64,000 nucleotides of DNA from Sminthopsis crassicaudata. Taxonomy: Eukaryota. The stretch covers positions 651,784,558-651,848,557 of the forward strand of contig NC_133619.1 in the NCBI RefSeq assembly GCF_048593235.1, in the 5' to 3' direction. Positions 27,206 through 39,697 of this stretch are shown piece after piece; position 1 is the stretch's first letter, and every line of letters begins with the position of its first letter. The position numbers and the translations under genes were made by a program. A model generated the notes under the pieces. The model did no database searches, was not told the DNA's origin, and saw only the letters and a program-made list of their open reading frames with translations.

Positions 27206-29324
27206 ATGGCAAGTCCCTCTCCTAAGCCCCAGAATCTCCCCTTCCTGGCGCTGCTGTTCTTCCCGTTGCTGAGGGCGTTGAGTGCAGGTGAGGGAGGAAG
27301 GAAGGGAAGCTCGAGCCTTGGGTGGCAGATTTGGGTGGCAGGGCTGGGGTCATCGAAGGCCCCCCTTACGCCCCCTCCCCGTTTCCTGTTTGTCCTGGCC
27401 CTGGCTGATGGTTTCTTCTCCCTGTCTCTCCCCATACTGGTCGGCCCGGCCTTCTCTGGCTGCCCCCGTCGGTCCCTGTGACCTGGGCTTGGACCGGCAG
27501 GGACGCCATCCTTATTCTACCAGCTCACTGCAGTGTCAAGTGCCCCTCGGGGGACCCCCAAGTTCTGGGCCTCAGGATGGCTGGGTCCCCAGCTCTTCCT
27601 GACCTACAGCTCTGGCGGCAATGCTGAGCCTTGGGGGGCCTGGCGCTGGGAGTCTCAGGACGCCTGGTTTTGGGAGGAGGAGACATGGTACCTGAAGAAG
27701 CAAGAACGGTTGCTGCAGGAAGCCCTAAGGGTGTCCAAGGAGGGTGAGGTTGGAGGGTCGGTGGGCCGGGCTGGAGGGGGCTCCTGATAGCAACGGGCTC
27801 CCTGCCTCACGACCTTCTCTGGGGCCTTCTCTAGGGGCCCAGATTTTCCAGGGCCTGGTGGGCTGCCAGCTGAAGCCCGACAACTCATCTCAGGCGACTG
27901 CCCGATTTGCCCTGGACGGGGTGGACCTCCTGACCTTTGACCCCACAAGAAGAGATTGGTTTGGAGACTCGGTGGAGGCCTCCAATGTGAGGAATAGCTG
28001 GTTCAACGAGAGCCAGCTGGCCGAGAAGCAGGTGGAGTTCCTCCTCATCACCTGCCCCCAGAGACTCAAAAGTCACCTGCAGAGGGGCAAGAACAACTTC
28101 CAGTGGACAGGTATGTGGGCAGCCGGCGGCAGGGCTGGGCCCAGGTGAGAGAGGGCCTGGCAGCCTGGAGGTGGACCCAGAAAGTGGGCAGCGGGGTCCT
28201 GCCGTCCATTCCCAGAAGGGGCCCCGGGCCGAAGCCGAGCCCTCCCGCCGTGCGGTGGGGAAAGGAGGTGGCCCAGCGCGTGTGGATCACCTTGGGGAGC
28301 TCCAGGACCTGGGGTGTTCAGCCATTTTAGGCGGGTGGGCAATCCCAGTCGGGGCTTTCTTGGCAAACACCAGGCTGTCGGCCGTGGCCCTCTGCAGCTC
28401 ATTTGCAGATGAGAACACTGGGACCCGAAGGGCTCTTGCCCTGTCCGGGCTACCCAGTGTCTGAGGGCTTTGAGTTGGGGGTGACCAGTCTGACTCCCTG
28501 GCCATCCTGTGCACTATGGCGCCCCCTGGAGGCCGTAGTGATCGTCCACTCCCTTCCCTGAAATGAGCCTCAGAGGAAGGCAGGCCCTCGGTGCCGGGGC
28601 TGGTGCCGGGGCTGGTCCCTTGGGTGGCTCTGACCCGGCCGTTTTCCTCAGAGGCCCCTGAGGTGCGAGCCAGAAGCCTCGTCGGGCCAGGGGCCGCCTT
28701 GTCCACGCTCAGTTGCCAGGCCTTCTTCTTCTTCCCCCCGGAGCTGGAGCTGAAGTTCCTCCGGGAGGGGAAGCCGGTGACAGAGCCCCCGGCCCGGCTG
28801 GAGCCGTGGCCCAATGGAGACGGCACCTTCCATTCCCGGGGCACTCTGCAAGTCCCCCTTGGGGACGAGGCCCTCTACAGCTGCACGGTCCAACACCCTG
28901 CACTGACCCGCTCCATCACCGTGAACTTTGGTAAGAGCAGGGGTCCCCTGGGGCCACAGGATCCTTGGCCCCATCTGGGAAGCGCTCTGTGCCCACTGAT
29001 CCACGCCTTCCCCCCACCTGCAGAGACCCCTGGCCGACTCCCTCTGCCCATCAGAGTCAGTCTGGTGGCGGGCTCCTTGCTGTTGTTGGCGTGCCTGGCA
29101 GCCGTGGTGGCCTTCGTGATCTATCGGAAGAAGGGGGGCCGGCCAGGTGAGCCGGGGTCCGGGGTTAGCAGGGGCAGGGAGGGCCCGGCAGCCCCCCTCA
29201 TCCCGGTTCCTTCTTGTCTCTCTTGCTCCCGTCAGCTCCGTGGATTTTCCGGCGGCGGCGCGCGGGAGACGACGTGGGGGCCCTGCTCCCAGCCCCCGGC
29301 TCTGCCCAGGATTCCGGCTCCTGA
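27206..29324 (+). CDS. FCGRT: Neonatal Fc receptor heavy chain (FcRn), 363 aa
   Basis: Exons 27206-27287 (signal), 27501-27743 (a1, SLFYQLTAVSS..FWASGWLGPQ), 27835-28110 (a2), 28652-28930 (a3), 29024-29146 (TM), 29236-29324 (tail with PWI and DDVGALL sorting motifs) = 1092 nt. Confidence 0.96.
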
Positions 29325-29729
29325 GCGGCTGGCGGCCAGTCTGTCTGCTGCCGTCCTCCCCTGGGGGAGGGGCACTACCCTTCCGCCTGGCCGGGGCTTG
29401 TGGCTGGAGGCAGCGGCATCTCCGGAAGAAGTCCCGGCCCCTGTCCCCGTGGCCCGCTCCAGGCAGCCCTCCCGGATTTCCCCTCTGACAGTGCAGAAAT
29501 GTCCTTATGTCCCTCTCTCCCAAACAAAACAAGATGATGGGTCCCGATTTCCGCAGTCTCCTTTTCTTCCGCATTGGGTTTGGGGGTGCGGGATGCATTC
29601 ACCGAATGGGGGGCGTCCGTCTCGGGGAAGTTCTTCCCGGCATCTAACCGGCTGCTCGCTTGCTGCAGGATTGGACGCTCAGCTCTCGGCCCGCCCACCC
29701 CCCGTGCCCCTCCCTCCGGCCCGGGCCCG

Positions 29730-30056
29730 GGCGGCTGGGAGTTGTAGTTTCCCGAGCGCTCCGAAGGCACGGCAGCCTGACGCCGTCCAAGCTGGGGCTG
29801 GGGAGGGAGCCCTCGAGCCGCCCCCGCCCCTCGGCTCCCACCCTGAGGACGTGGCGCCGCGAGCCCAATGAGCGCCCGAGAAGGGGGAGGCCCCGCCCCC
29901 ACCCGGGGCCTGCGCGTCCGGATTGGCCGGGAGGCGGGGCCACGAGGAGCCAGCCAGACGGGCGGGGGGGATGAAAGGAGGGAGCGGGGCACGGAGCTGC
30001 CTCTGAGCCAGCGCCGAGGGACGGGACGGGCCGGGCCGGGCCGGGCCGGGGTGGTG
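29730..30056 (+). promoter_or_regulatory. RCN3 promoter and probable non-coding exon 1
   Basis: TGGGAGTTGTAGT (ZNF143/THAP11-type motif, reverse) at 29737-29749, two CCAAT boxes, GC boxes, candidate donor GTGAGG at ~30054. Confidence 0.6.
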
Positions 30057-31182
30057 AGGACCAGGTGGGGCGCGGGCCCCCGTACCCCACTCTCCCCAGT
30101 CCAGCCCTCAGGCAGCCCCGCTCTGGGCCCCTGCCCATTCTCCATCCTCCCCGTGGCCTTTCGGGGTCTGGGTCCCAGCCCCTCTCTGTCACCCCCTCCC
30201 CCAGCCTCAGTCCCCGGCATCCCCCTCCGTAATCTCGGCAGCCTGGCTGCCCCTCGGCCCTGTGCTGGAGCTGGTGCCCTTTCTGTGCCTCTGAGCCCCA
30301 CCCCAACCTCGAACTTTTGGGGCCCTAACTCACTCTCTAGCTTGCCTTTGTCTCTGACTCCCTGTCTGTGGCTCCCTCCCCTAAGCCCCCAGCTCCCCCA
30401 TGCGCCCCTGCCCATCTTCTAGCCCCGGGGAGGAGGCCTGCCCTATTTGCTAGCGGCCAACGCTGAGCTTCCTCCAGCCCCACTTTGGGCCCCCAAGGCC
30501 ATCCCCGGCTCCTCTGTCCCCACCCCTCTCTTCCTCCGGGCCCTCCAACTGGATCCAGCTTCTCGTTCCCATCCGTCACCTCTCTGCCCGAAGACATGCA
30601 TGAGCCTTTGCCCCCCCCCCCAGCTCCTATCTCCCCCTCCCAGGCCTCTCGCTGCCCCCTGCCCCCACCTTGCCCGTCCCAGCCCCCTTCAGGAGCCCCG
30701 GCCATCTGCTTCCCCATTGCCCTGGCCCCCGCACCCCGGGCACCATTGCCCCTTCACCAGCCGTTCCTAAACTGGTCCGTCTCCATCCCGAGCCCGCGGG
30801 GAACTTTTCCGCCTTCTCTTTTTTCTCGAGTCTCCATCTCATCCCTAGGCAACCCCTGGCTCCTCTGCTTCTGGCCCAGCAGCACCTCGTCTGCCTTCTA
30901 TCCCCACACCTTGCTGGGTTCTTCCCATGTCACCCCCACTCCTGTCTGCAGGAGCCCCTCCTCAACCTCCCTCCTGCCTCTGTACCACTCATTGCCCGGC
31001 CCTGCCCCTTTGCCCTTCTGCGTCGCCTCCTCCTTTGTCCCTGGCAGGCTTCCCTCATCGCCCCTTTCCTGTTCTCGGCCCCCCCCCTTGCTGCCTCTTG
31101 ACCTTCCCCTGGTCCCTGCCACATATGGCCCTGTCCATCCTGGGGCCAGTTCTCTGAGCTGTTGGACCTCTCCCCTCCAGGG

Positions 31183-33785
31183 ATGACGTGGCTGTGGTCA
31201 GTGCTGCTGCTGGGGCTATCCCTGGCCAAAGGGGCGTGGGGCAAGCCCCCCCCGGACGCCGGGACCCCTCATTCAAGCCGGGTGCACCAGCAGGTCCCGC
31301 TGAGCGAAGCCAAACACGACGATGCCCACGGAGACTTCCAGTTTGACCACGAGGCCTTCCTGGGCCGCGAGGCGGCTCGGGAGTTTGACCAGCTCAGCCC
31401 GGAGGAGAGTAAAGCTCGGCTGGGGTACGAGGGGGGGCCTGGGCTAGTCTTCCCATCCCAAACCTTGGATGGGTCGGACATGGTGGGGGTGGGAAGTTAG
31501 CATCTCTTGCCATATAAGGAACAGCAGAAGAGGCTGTTTACCCCGGAGAGAGAAGGGCAAGGGGGGGGGGTTGTGAGGGGGCCGATCTGGCCTCCAGGAC
31601 TTGGAAGGCTTGTGGGAGGGAGGGAGGAAGGATGAGCAGGAGGGGAGGCATGGGGGTGGGGCAGGGTTAGGGAGGAAGTAACTGGGAAAGAGACTTAGGC
31701 TCAATCTGGGAACCCCCCACCCCCCCCCCCAGGAGCAGAGAGCCATGGGGCAGGCTGGGGGGGAACCCTTCCCTGCCCACTTCTAGCCAACTCAGGATGG
31801 CCCCTTGGCCAGGCTGGGTTTAGTGAGGGGGCCACTGGGGCAGCCATTCAATGTGAAAACCAGCCCTAAAGCCAAGCTTCCTCTGACTGGGAGCTGGGCA
31901 CCTCCAGGTAGGGCGGCTGGGGGGTCTGGGGCCGCCGGTGGCCAGCTCTGATGCCCCCCACCCGGGCCCCGCTGCAGGAAGATCGTAGACCGGATGGACC
32001 GAGACGGCGACGGCGACGGCTGGGTGTCCCTGGATGAACTGCGCGCCTGGATCGCACACACGCAGCAGCGCCACATCCGAGACTCGGTCACGTCGGCCTG
32101 GGACACCTACGACACCGACCAGGACGGCCGGGTGGGCTGGGGGGAGCTGCGCAACATCACCTACGGCCACTACCAGCCAGGTGAGCCTGGGGTCCCCGAG
32201 CCCTCTGTCCCTGCGGCCTGACCTGTGTCCCTGCCTCAGCCGGGGCTGCCAGGCCTCCCCTGGCCGGAGGCCCAATCTCCTGCTGCCCCATCCCCTCCTC
32301 AGGGACGGGCCCTCTCTGGTCCTGCTCCCCCTGCCCCAGGCCTCTCTACAGGGCTGCTTCAGCTTTTCCTCTGGAGCAGCCCCGCCAGGAAGTTCCCCTG
32401 AATGTTGTAGGACCCGAGTCAGTCACGGCCTCCCTCCTGGCTGGAACTGCCCCGTCTGCCATTTCCCTTGAGCCTCGAGGATGGAGCCCCTTGAGGAGTG
32501 CCTTCTCCCCTGGTCTCTTGACAAGGGGTGACTCCTACATCAATCCCCCGGCCCCTTTGAACCTTTTTCCTGACTCCCCCCTTGTCCCTACGAGGAGCCC
32601 TCCACTCCTCTCTCCAGTGGGGGAGGCGACCAGAAGCCCCCGGGGCTCCCGGGACCGGGCATCTGTGGCCGGGGCTTTCTCCCAATGGCCCAAAGCAGCC
32701 CCTGCTTCCCTGCGCCCCCCTCTCCAGGGCTAGGGCTTCTGCCCTCTTGCTCCCCCGCTGCCTTCAGGGCCTCTGCTTCAGCTCCTGGCCCTGCCTTCCC
32801 CCTCCTGACTTGGTTTTCCCTCCTGTCCTCCCTCCCCCAGGGGAGGAATTCTCGGACGTGGAGGATGCAGACACCTACAAGAAGCTCCTGGCCCGAGATG
32901 AGCGGCGATTCCGAGCGGCCGACCAAGATGGCGACTCGCAGGCCACCAGGGAGGAGTTCACGGCCTTCTTGCATCCGGAGGAGTTCCCCCACATGCGAGA
33001 CATCGTCATTGCTGTGAGGATGCAGGCGCTGCCCCTCCCCGGCCTCCCTCTGGGTGTCTGTGGGGGGCCCGGATTTGCTAGCCCTTCTTCCCTGGGCCCA
33101 TTGGGTCGCTTCTTGGGCCCGACTCCTCGCCTCTGGGAGGGGAGACCCCGATAAGGTGACCCCTCAGGGCCCCCTGTCCCAAGTCTATGACCCCATAACC
33201 CTCAAGCCTGGCTCCTCCTTTTCCCTCAGGAGACCCTGGAGGATTTAGACAGAAATGGAGACGGCTACGTGCAAGTGGACGAATACATAGGTGAGGGGGC
33301 TCCACCTTGGGGAGGGACCCGCTGCCCTGGCTCGGAGGGAGGCTGACGTCCTTTGCCCTTCTCCCCACATGCCCAGCGGACCTGTACTCCCCGGAGCCGG
33401 ACGGAGGCGAGGAGCCCGCCTGGGTGCAGACGGAACGGCAACAGTTCCGAGACTTTCGGGACCTGAATGGGGACGGGCACCTGGATGGGCGCGAGGTTGG
33501 CCACTGGGTGCTGCCCCCGGCCCAGGACCAGCCGCTGGTGGAGGCCAATCACCTGCTGCAGGAGAGCGACACTGACAAGGTAGGGAGCCCCAGGGAGGCC
33601 GGGCTGGGGGCTGCGGGAGACTCCCAGTGTTCACTTCTCCCAGCCCCGGCCCGGCACCTGATAGAGCCTTCCCACAGGACGGACGCCTGAGCAAACAGGA
33701 GATCCTGGGCAACTGGAACATGTTTGTGGGCAGCCAGGCCACCAACTACGGCGAGGACCTGACTCGGCACCACGACGAGCTCTGA
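31183..33785 (+). CDS. RCN3: Reticulocalbin-3 (CREC family EF-hand ER protein), 329 aa
   Basis: Exons 31183-31424, 31978-32180, 32841-33013, 33230-33290, 33377-33579, 33678-33785 = 990 nt. Signal peptide, [11 protein letters not shown]-hands, C-terminal HDEL. Candidate poly(A) signals TATAAA 33871 and AATAAA 34367. Confidence 0.98.
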
Positions 33786-34542
33786 GCACTCCCAAGCCCA
33801 GGGACTCAGCAACCAGGGGTCTGGCCCCCGGTCCTCCCAGCCACTCCCAGCAGCACTTGGGAACCGCTGCTATAAAATGTCATTTTCAGTCCCATACTCT
33901 GGCCCCGCCTACACTCCCCCCCCCCCCCCAAGACACAAGCTCCCATTACCCATAGGTAGTGAGCATTGGGGCACTGTGTGCCAAGCCTCTGGCTAGGCAC
34001 TGGAGACCTGAAGGGGAAACAAAAAGTATGGGCTCTGCCCCAAGGTCCCTTGGGCCTGCCTGCCCTGCTCCCAGCCCCCGAAGCCTAGGTTCCTGGCAGA
34101 GAACCCAGGGCCTGGGGGTCCTGACTGGAGGCTCTGAGCATCTTCTGGGGATCCTGAACACTCTTCCTCTCTGGAGGACATGGGGGGGGGCAGCTTCCCA
34201 AGTCACAACCCCGAGCCTTGCAGGCCTGGCTGGCAGCATCAGCATGGGCACCGGGCCCCCAGGTGCCAGCGGGCAGAACGTCTGAGCCCTAGCCCAGCAG
34301 GAAGGCCCGATTCGCGTTCTCCCCTCCTTGTCCAGACTCAGACAGATGGAGGGGAGGAGGGGCTGCAATAAAAGCTGAGGCCTTAACTTCTCTGAGTCTG
34401 GCCTGTTTTGGGGGCACTGGCAGGGGGATGCCTGGGTGCCTGCTACCTCTCAGGGGCGCCAAGGAACCGGAGGCCAACACCTTTATTATCCATTTGCTCC
34501 ATCCAGAACCAGTCCTGTTTGCCTCCCTCCCCACAGGCCTCT

Positions 34543-36549
34543 TCAGGCTTGCATCACGGGGCGAGACTTCTTGGCTTCCAGCTGCACCCCAGAACCTGCG
34601 AAGCCCGTTCCGCCCTAGGGAAGAGGACAAACAGGGGGTTACTGGCGGTGATGGGTGCCGGAGCCGGGGGGCAGGGGCTGGCCTTGGCCAGAGAGGGAGA
34701 AGGGGAAGGGCAGCAGAGACGGGCTGGGGCGAGTGCTCACCCTCTGCAGCAGGATGATGTCCTTGTCCGTTAACGGAGCCCCGCTGATGGGGTCCACCAT
34801 GTCCTTGCGGATCAGGCGCTCCACACACTCCACGGTCACGACGGCCCCCCTGGAGAGGCGGGAGGGGAGGTTGGTGAGACGAGGCTCCGCGGGCCTCTCC
34901 CCGTCCCGGCCCCCAAAATGCCCCCAACTCACGAAGGCCGCAGGACGGCACAGGGGGTGGAGTTGCTCAGGCTGTCCCGAGTCACGGCGCAGACATAGCG
35001 CTCGCTGCGAGTGATCAGCCCCACCCGGTCCACGGAGCCGTCCACGGGTGTGAAGTGGACGGAGATGAGGTCCGACAGGCGCAGGGGCTTTCCCGACATT
35101 GGACACGTCACGACGCGTGACTGTTCCCGCCACATGTGGAGAACAAAGGAGAGGAGGGCTCAGAGGAGGGTTCGGGGACTCCCTTGGCATGGGGATCGGG
35201 TGGGTCGGGGGAGAATTCTCTCACCGGCTTTTCCAGCTTGCTGGCCTTAGCCTCCGGGGTCAGCGATGGGATCCAGAAGCTGGGTAACTCCTTTGCCTTG
35301 TCCTTGTCCTTGTCCTTGTCCCCGGCCTCAGGGGTCGAGCTGGGTCCTGGGAGACAAGAAAACCTTTTGGTGGGTTCAGGGGCGCTCAGCCCTGTGGGGC
35401 AGAGAGCAGGGGTGGTCCTCTGGCCTTTCCTCACCTGGGCCGGCCCCCGTCCGAGGAGTGAAAGGGTTGAGGGGCCGGCTGACAATGGCCGCCTCCTTCT
35501 CCAGAAAGCCCCGAAGCTGGTCCTGGGCGGCCGCCCGGCTCAGCTCCCGCCGTTCCTCTTGCTGCGCCCCTCGCTGCTTTTCATATGCCTGGGGGGGGGG
35601 GCAGGAGGAAGATCAGCCCTGTTGCCGGGGGCTCCTTCCCCTCTGAGCCCCCCAGGTTTCCCCTTCTCTAACTCCGTCAGGGGCCCTTTACCTTCATCTG
35701 CCGGGCAATCTCGCGTTTCTGGTGCAGGATATATTCCAGGATCGCCTCTCGCTCATACAGGAAGCCATCGGGGCTGCAAGGCACAGGGGTGGGTCAGCAC
35801 ACAAGGAGTAGGAAAGGGCTCTGGAGACCCAGCATTCCCATCCAGGGGCACCAGGGTAGGAACAGAGACGCTCGAGCGCTTGTGGGTTCGCACAAAGAAC
35901 TATGACAAGCAGAGTGGAGGGCCAGGCCGGGGCAAGGACGGCCTAGGCTGCCGGGGCTCAGAGAGCCTCCCAGAATCCACTCGGACCCATGCATCTGTCT
36001 CCCACCGCCATGCACTGGCCCCCTCCCAAGGCTCAACTCAAGGGTTCCCTCCTACAAGAGGTTTCCAGATTTCTTTTAACTTTTTGTCATTCTTGCCCCT
36101 GCTGCCCACCCATCTGCCCATCTGCTGAGCCCAGCCCCAGGCCCCAGGAGAGTGGAGGCAGCTAGAGGGTCAGGCCGGGCCAAGGACGAGTGAGGGCAGT
36201 GCCCGTGGGCAGGGGCCCTGGGCTAGGGCCCGGCTTTTTGGAAGGAACAAGGACCCACCCCTTCCCCGGCTCACGTGACAACGGGGTCATGGCAGGGCTG
36301 CAGGGAGAGGCAGCAGCAGTCGAAGTCTTTGACGGCGTCCCGGCTCAGGCGCACATTCTGGGTTCCGTAGCCTGAGGCCGCTGGAAGGGGAGATGGAGGC
36401 CTGGGGGTCACGGGTCGGGATCACCCCCACCCCAAGGAGGAGGGCCGTGCCCCGACTGCCCCAGCCCCTTTGCCATCACCTGTGTCCTTTTTCTTCTCGT
36501 GATATGTGTATACTGCGCCCGCAGTGCAGTTCTTCCCGTGACGGGTCAT
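34543..36549 (-). CDS. NOSIP: Nitric oxide synthase-interacting protein, 300 aa
   Basis: Minus exons 36549-36480, 36380-36275, 35773-35692, 35588-35435, 35346-35225, 35120-34933, 34849-34741, 34614-34543 = 903 nt. MTRHGKNCTAGAVYTYHEKKKD...KSRPVMQA. AATAAA (minus) at 34482-34487. Confidence 0.98.
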
Positions 36550-37711
36550 CCTGGGAGGAGAGAAAGCAGCCTGTCTGTGCTGGGGGGCTCTCCAAGGGCA
36601 AGTCCCCCTTACAGGGGTATCGACCGGGCCTGTGAGCCTCCGAGGAGGCGAGAGGGCTCCCGCTGAGGGAGCGGGCCTGCCTTCAGGAAGCAGAAATTCC
36701 GCTGAGTGGGGGCGAGCAGGCAGCCCAGATGCGCCAGGCCCTGCTGCCCTAGCTCTGGGCACCGCTCTCGTGGGCACCGCTCCGGACCTCGGCGTCAACT
36801 TCCAAGGCCCTGCCCGGCTCTTTGTGGCACGCCCAGGCCCTTCCTCCTCCCTGACCACTGCCAAGTGTGGCTGCGAGCCCGCGCTTCTTCACCCTCCTTT
36901 TCTCTAGATGCTCCTGCACCAGTCAATCAAACCCTCTGGGCACTGAACCCAGGAAGCACCTGAGAAAAGTCTCCCGGGGGGCTCTGCAGCCGGAGTCCCT
37001 TCACAACATCTCCCTCAGCCCGACACTCGGCGATGGCCCCACGTGCACCCCCGGGTCCCTGCCACCCGCCTGGCTCTGCCAGGGTATTGTGGGGGGTTTC
37101 TCAGTCCCTCCCTCCCCGTCCCTTCTGTCCCCCAGCTCCCACAGCTTCATCCTGCGGATTCGTTTGCGTATCACTGCCCTTGCTCCAGATTCTAGTTCCC
37201 AGATCTGCCGCCCCCCTTTCTTTCAAGACCAATGCAGGCCTGGCAGCCCATCTAGGCCCCCAGCAGAGGAAGCAGCCCCGGGCAGAGCTGGCTGGCTCCT
37301 CACACAGGGCACCGGGGCCCAGGCCTCTGTACTGTCGGCCTCCAGCGCGAAGCCTTCCCGACGCCCTGGTGAGCTCCCGCCCAGATAGAAAGCTCCCGGA
37401 GGTACCATGGGCAGGGTGAAGCGGGAGTCCCAGGCCCTTGGGGTGAGCTCTGGCTTTTGCCAGTCGCAAGCCACAGGATCCTGGGCCTACCTGAAGTACC
37501 TCGAGGCTCTCCCACACCCGGGGCTACACGGTCCCTCCCCCGCAGGCTTGTCTCACTCTAGCAACGGGAGGCTGTGGCAACCAAGGGGCACGTTAGACGG
37601 CTGCACTGGACAGCCCAGGTTCCCCCACGGCGAGAGCCAACCCTAGTGGAGCTGGGCCTTGCTTGGCAGGCCGCTGCCTTCCCGCCCTGGCCCGGATGAC
37701 TGATGGCCGGC

Positions 37712-38105
37712 TGTTAGGTTCTTCCTAAGTGCTAATGAGATAATGAGATATTAGGTTCTTACTAAGTTCTAAGTCAGTACTTGACAATTCTCTAGTTCCG
37801 GCCTTTCCTGGGAGTTTGACTTGTGAATTCCTGGGAAGAGCTTGCATGCTTAGGAGGAGCAAGTTCATTGGTTGAAGTAATTTTTCCCAGAAGCCCTTGC
37901 ATTATCCATGCCATTCTCTGGGAGGATAAAAGAGGGCAGCTCTGGAGGAAAAGGGAGTCTCTGCTCTAGACCAGACTTGAGGCAGCTCTCTGCAGGAAGG
38001 GAAATCACCTCTCCTTGGAATATTTGTGTTTAGGAGGGAGGTGGTCTGAGTCTTAGTAATAGGTTGCCTTTGATAATAGTGGAAGAGGTAGATTCCCACA
38101 CTACA
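37712..38105 (+). mobile_element. ERV LTR (TG...CA) in NOSIP intron 1, left arm of an inverted pair
   Basis: Starts TGTTAGG, TATA-like GATAAAAG at ~37925, ends CTACA; homologous to 38137-38484 in reverse. Confidence 0.75.
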
Positions 38106-38136
38106 TGTCTAGTAATAGAAACGTAAGATGCCAACT

Positions 38137-38484
38137 TGTAACGTGCTGTTGTCTCCAGAAGCTGCCGATCGCTCTCTGGGAGGAGATCTGCTGTGTCAAC
38201 TCAAATCTCTCAGACAGATTCTTCTTCCTGCAGAGAGCACCTCAAGTCTGGTCCAGAAACCAACAACCTTTTTCCTCCAGAGCTGCCCTCTTTATCCTCC
38301 CAGAGAATGGGCGTGGGATAATGCAAGGGCTTCTGGGAAAAATTACTTCAACCAATGAACTCTCCTAAGCATGCAAGCTCTTCCCCAGTAAAGGCTGGAA
38401 CTAGAGAATTGTTAAGTACTGACTTAGCACTTAGTAAGAACCTAATATCTCATTATCTCATTAGCACTTAGTAAGAACTTAAGA
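38137..38484 (-). mobile_element. ERV LTR, right arm of an inverted pair
   Basis: Its reverse complement aligns with 37712-38006 and ends CACGTTACA. Confidence 0.75.
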
Positions 38485-39697
38485 GCCGGCTGGCAAGTCA
38501 CTGCTGAGGGGTCCTTGTACTCCTGGGCTCCCCTCTACATGATGAGCCTCCCAAATCCCACAGCCTCCCTGAAGGCCTCCAAGCTCGTCCCCTTCCCTGT
38601 GCACACAGTCTCTTCCTCTATCTCCTGCCAAAACGTGGCTAGCTTGAGTGGCCAGAAAAGAGCTTCCCAGACAGCGATCTGACCCCGGGGAGGCTCCAGG
38701 GCCCCCACAGCCGACACCGAGTCTTCCTGGTTCTGAATCAGGGCTCCAGACAGCGAGGCCCAAGCACACGCTAGCTGCCTTTGGGATGTGAAGGACAACG
38801 GCGCAGGAAAGCCCTGTGTTTGGATTTCTGTGGCTGCAGGTCGCAGCACTTTTTTTTTTTTTTTGGGGGGGGGGGTGATGGATGCAAGATGCTGACTTTG
38901 GATGAGCCACAGGAGATGGTCCTTAACTGCTGAAGCCGGTCAGGAGCGAGCTGGACTCCTCGGGGATCCTAAAGCCAAAGTAGCTGGACCAGACGGCCAC
39001 TGGGGCTCTTTCCAGACCAGAACCTCAGGGGTTCTGGGAAAACCCAGCTCAAACACCTCCCCCAAGGCGACAGCCCGACACTCCTGGGCATGGCGCTCCG
39101 GGGGAGGGAACCTGCGTCTCCTGAACATTCTGTCTCCTCCCAGCACAGAGCAAGTAGACACCAAGTGCTTATGAATGAAAGTAGGAAGCCCAGGTCCCAT
39201 AAATACTAGGAAGTCATTTTCTCGTGCTGATTTTCAGGCCTCTAAGATCTCATCTTCCAGAGTTCAAATCTGGTTCCTTCTAGCTGTGTGGCCCTAGGCA
39301 AATCATTTCATCGGATGCCTCAGTTTCCTCATCTGTAAAACCATCTTGAGGAGGAAATGGCAAACCACTATCTGAAAAGAAAGAGATCCAGCATCTTTGC
39401 TAAGAAAACGCTAAATGGGCTCATTGAAAGTCAGAGACAGCCACAAGAGGCGGGGCTCAGGGTTTTTCCTTTCCGCAGCGTGCGCATTCCACGCCAGGAC
39501 ACCTTGAATGAGCATCATTCTAAAAAGCTAACGGCCTAGTCTGCAACGTCAGCCTTCGGAAACCTGGTGGCCCAGCGTTCCCTGCTTTCCCACGGCCTGC
39601 CCAGGGGGCAAGCCGTGCAACATATGCTACACGGGGGAGAAATATATGTTAAATAGATGCATACAGGGGTATTCCATGGTCGCGCTGCACAAGAAAN

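Noticed and set aside
38106-38136. Primer-binding site next to the minus-strand LTR (AGTTGGCATC...)
   Set aside because: Only TGGC matches; I cannot assign it to a tRNA 3' end.
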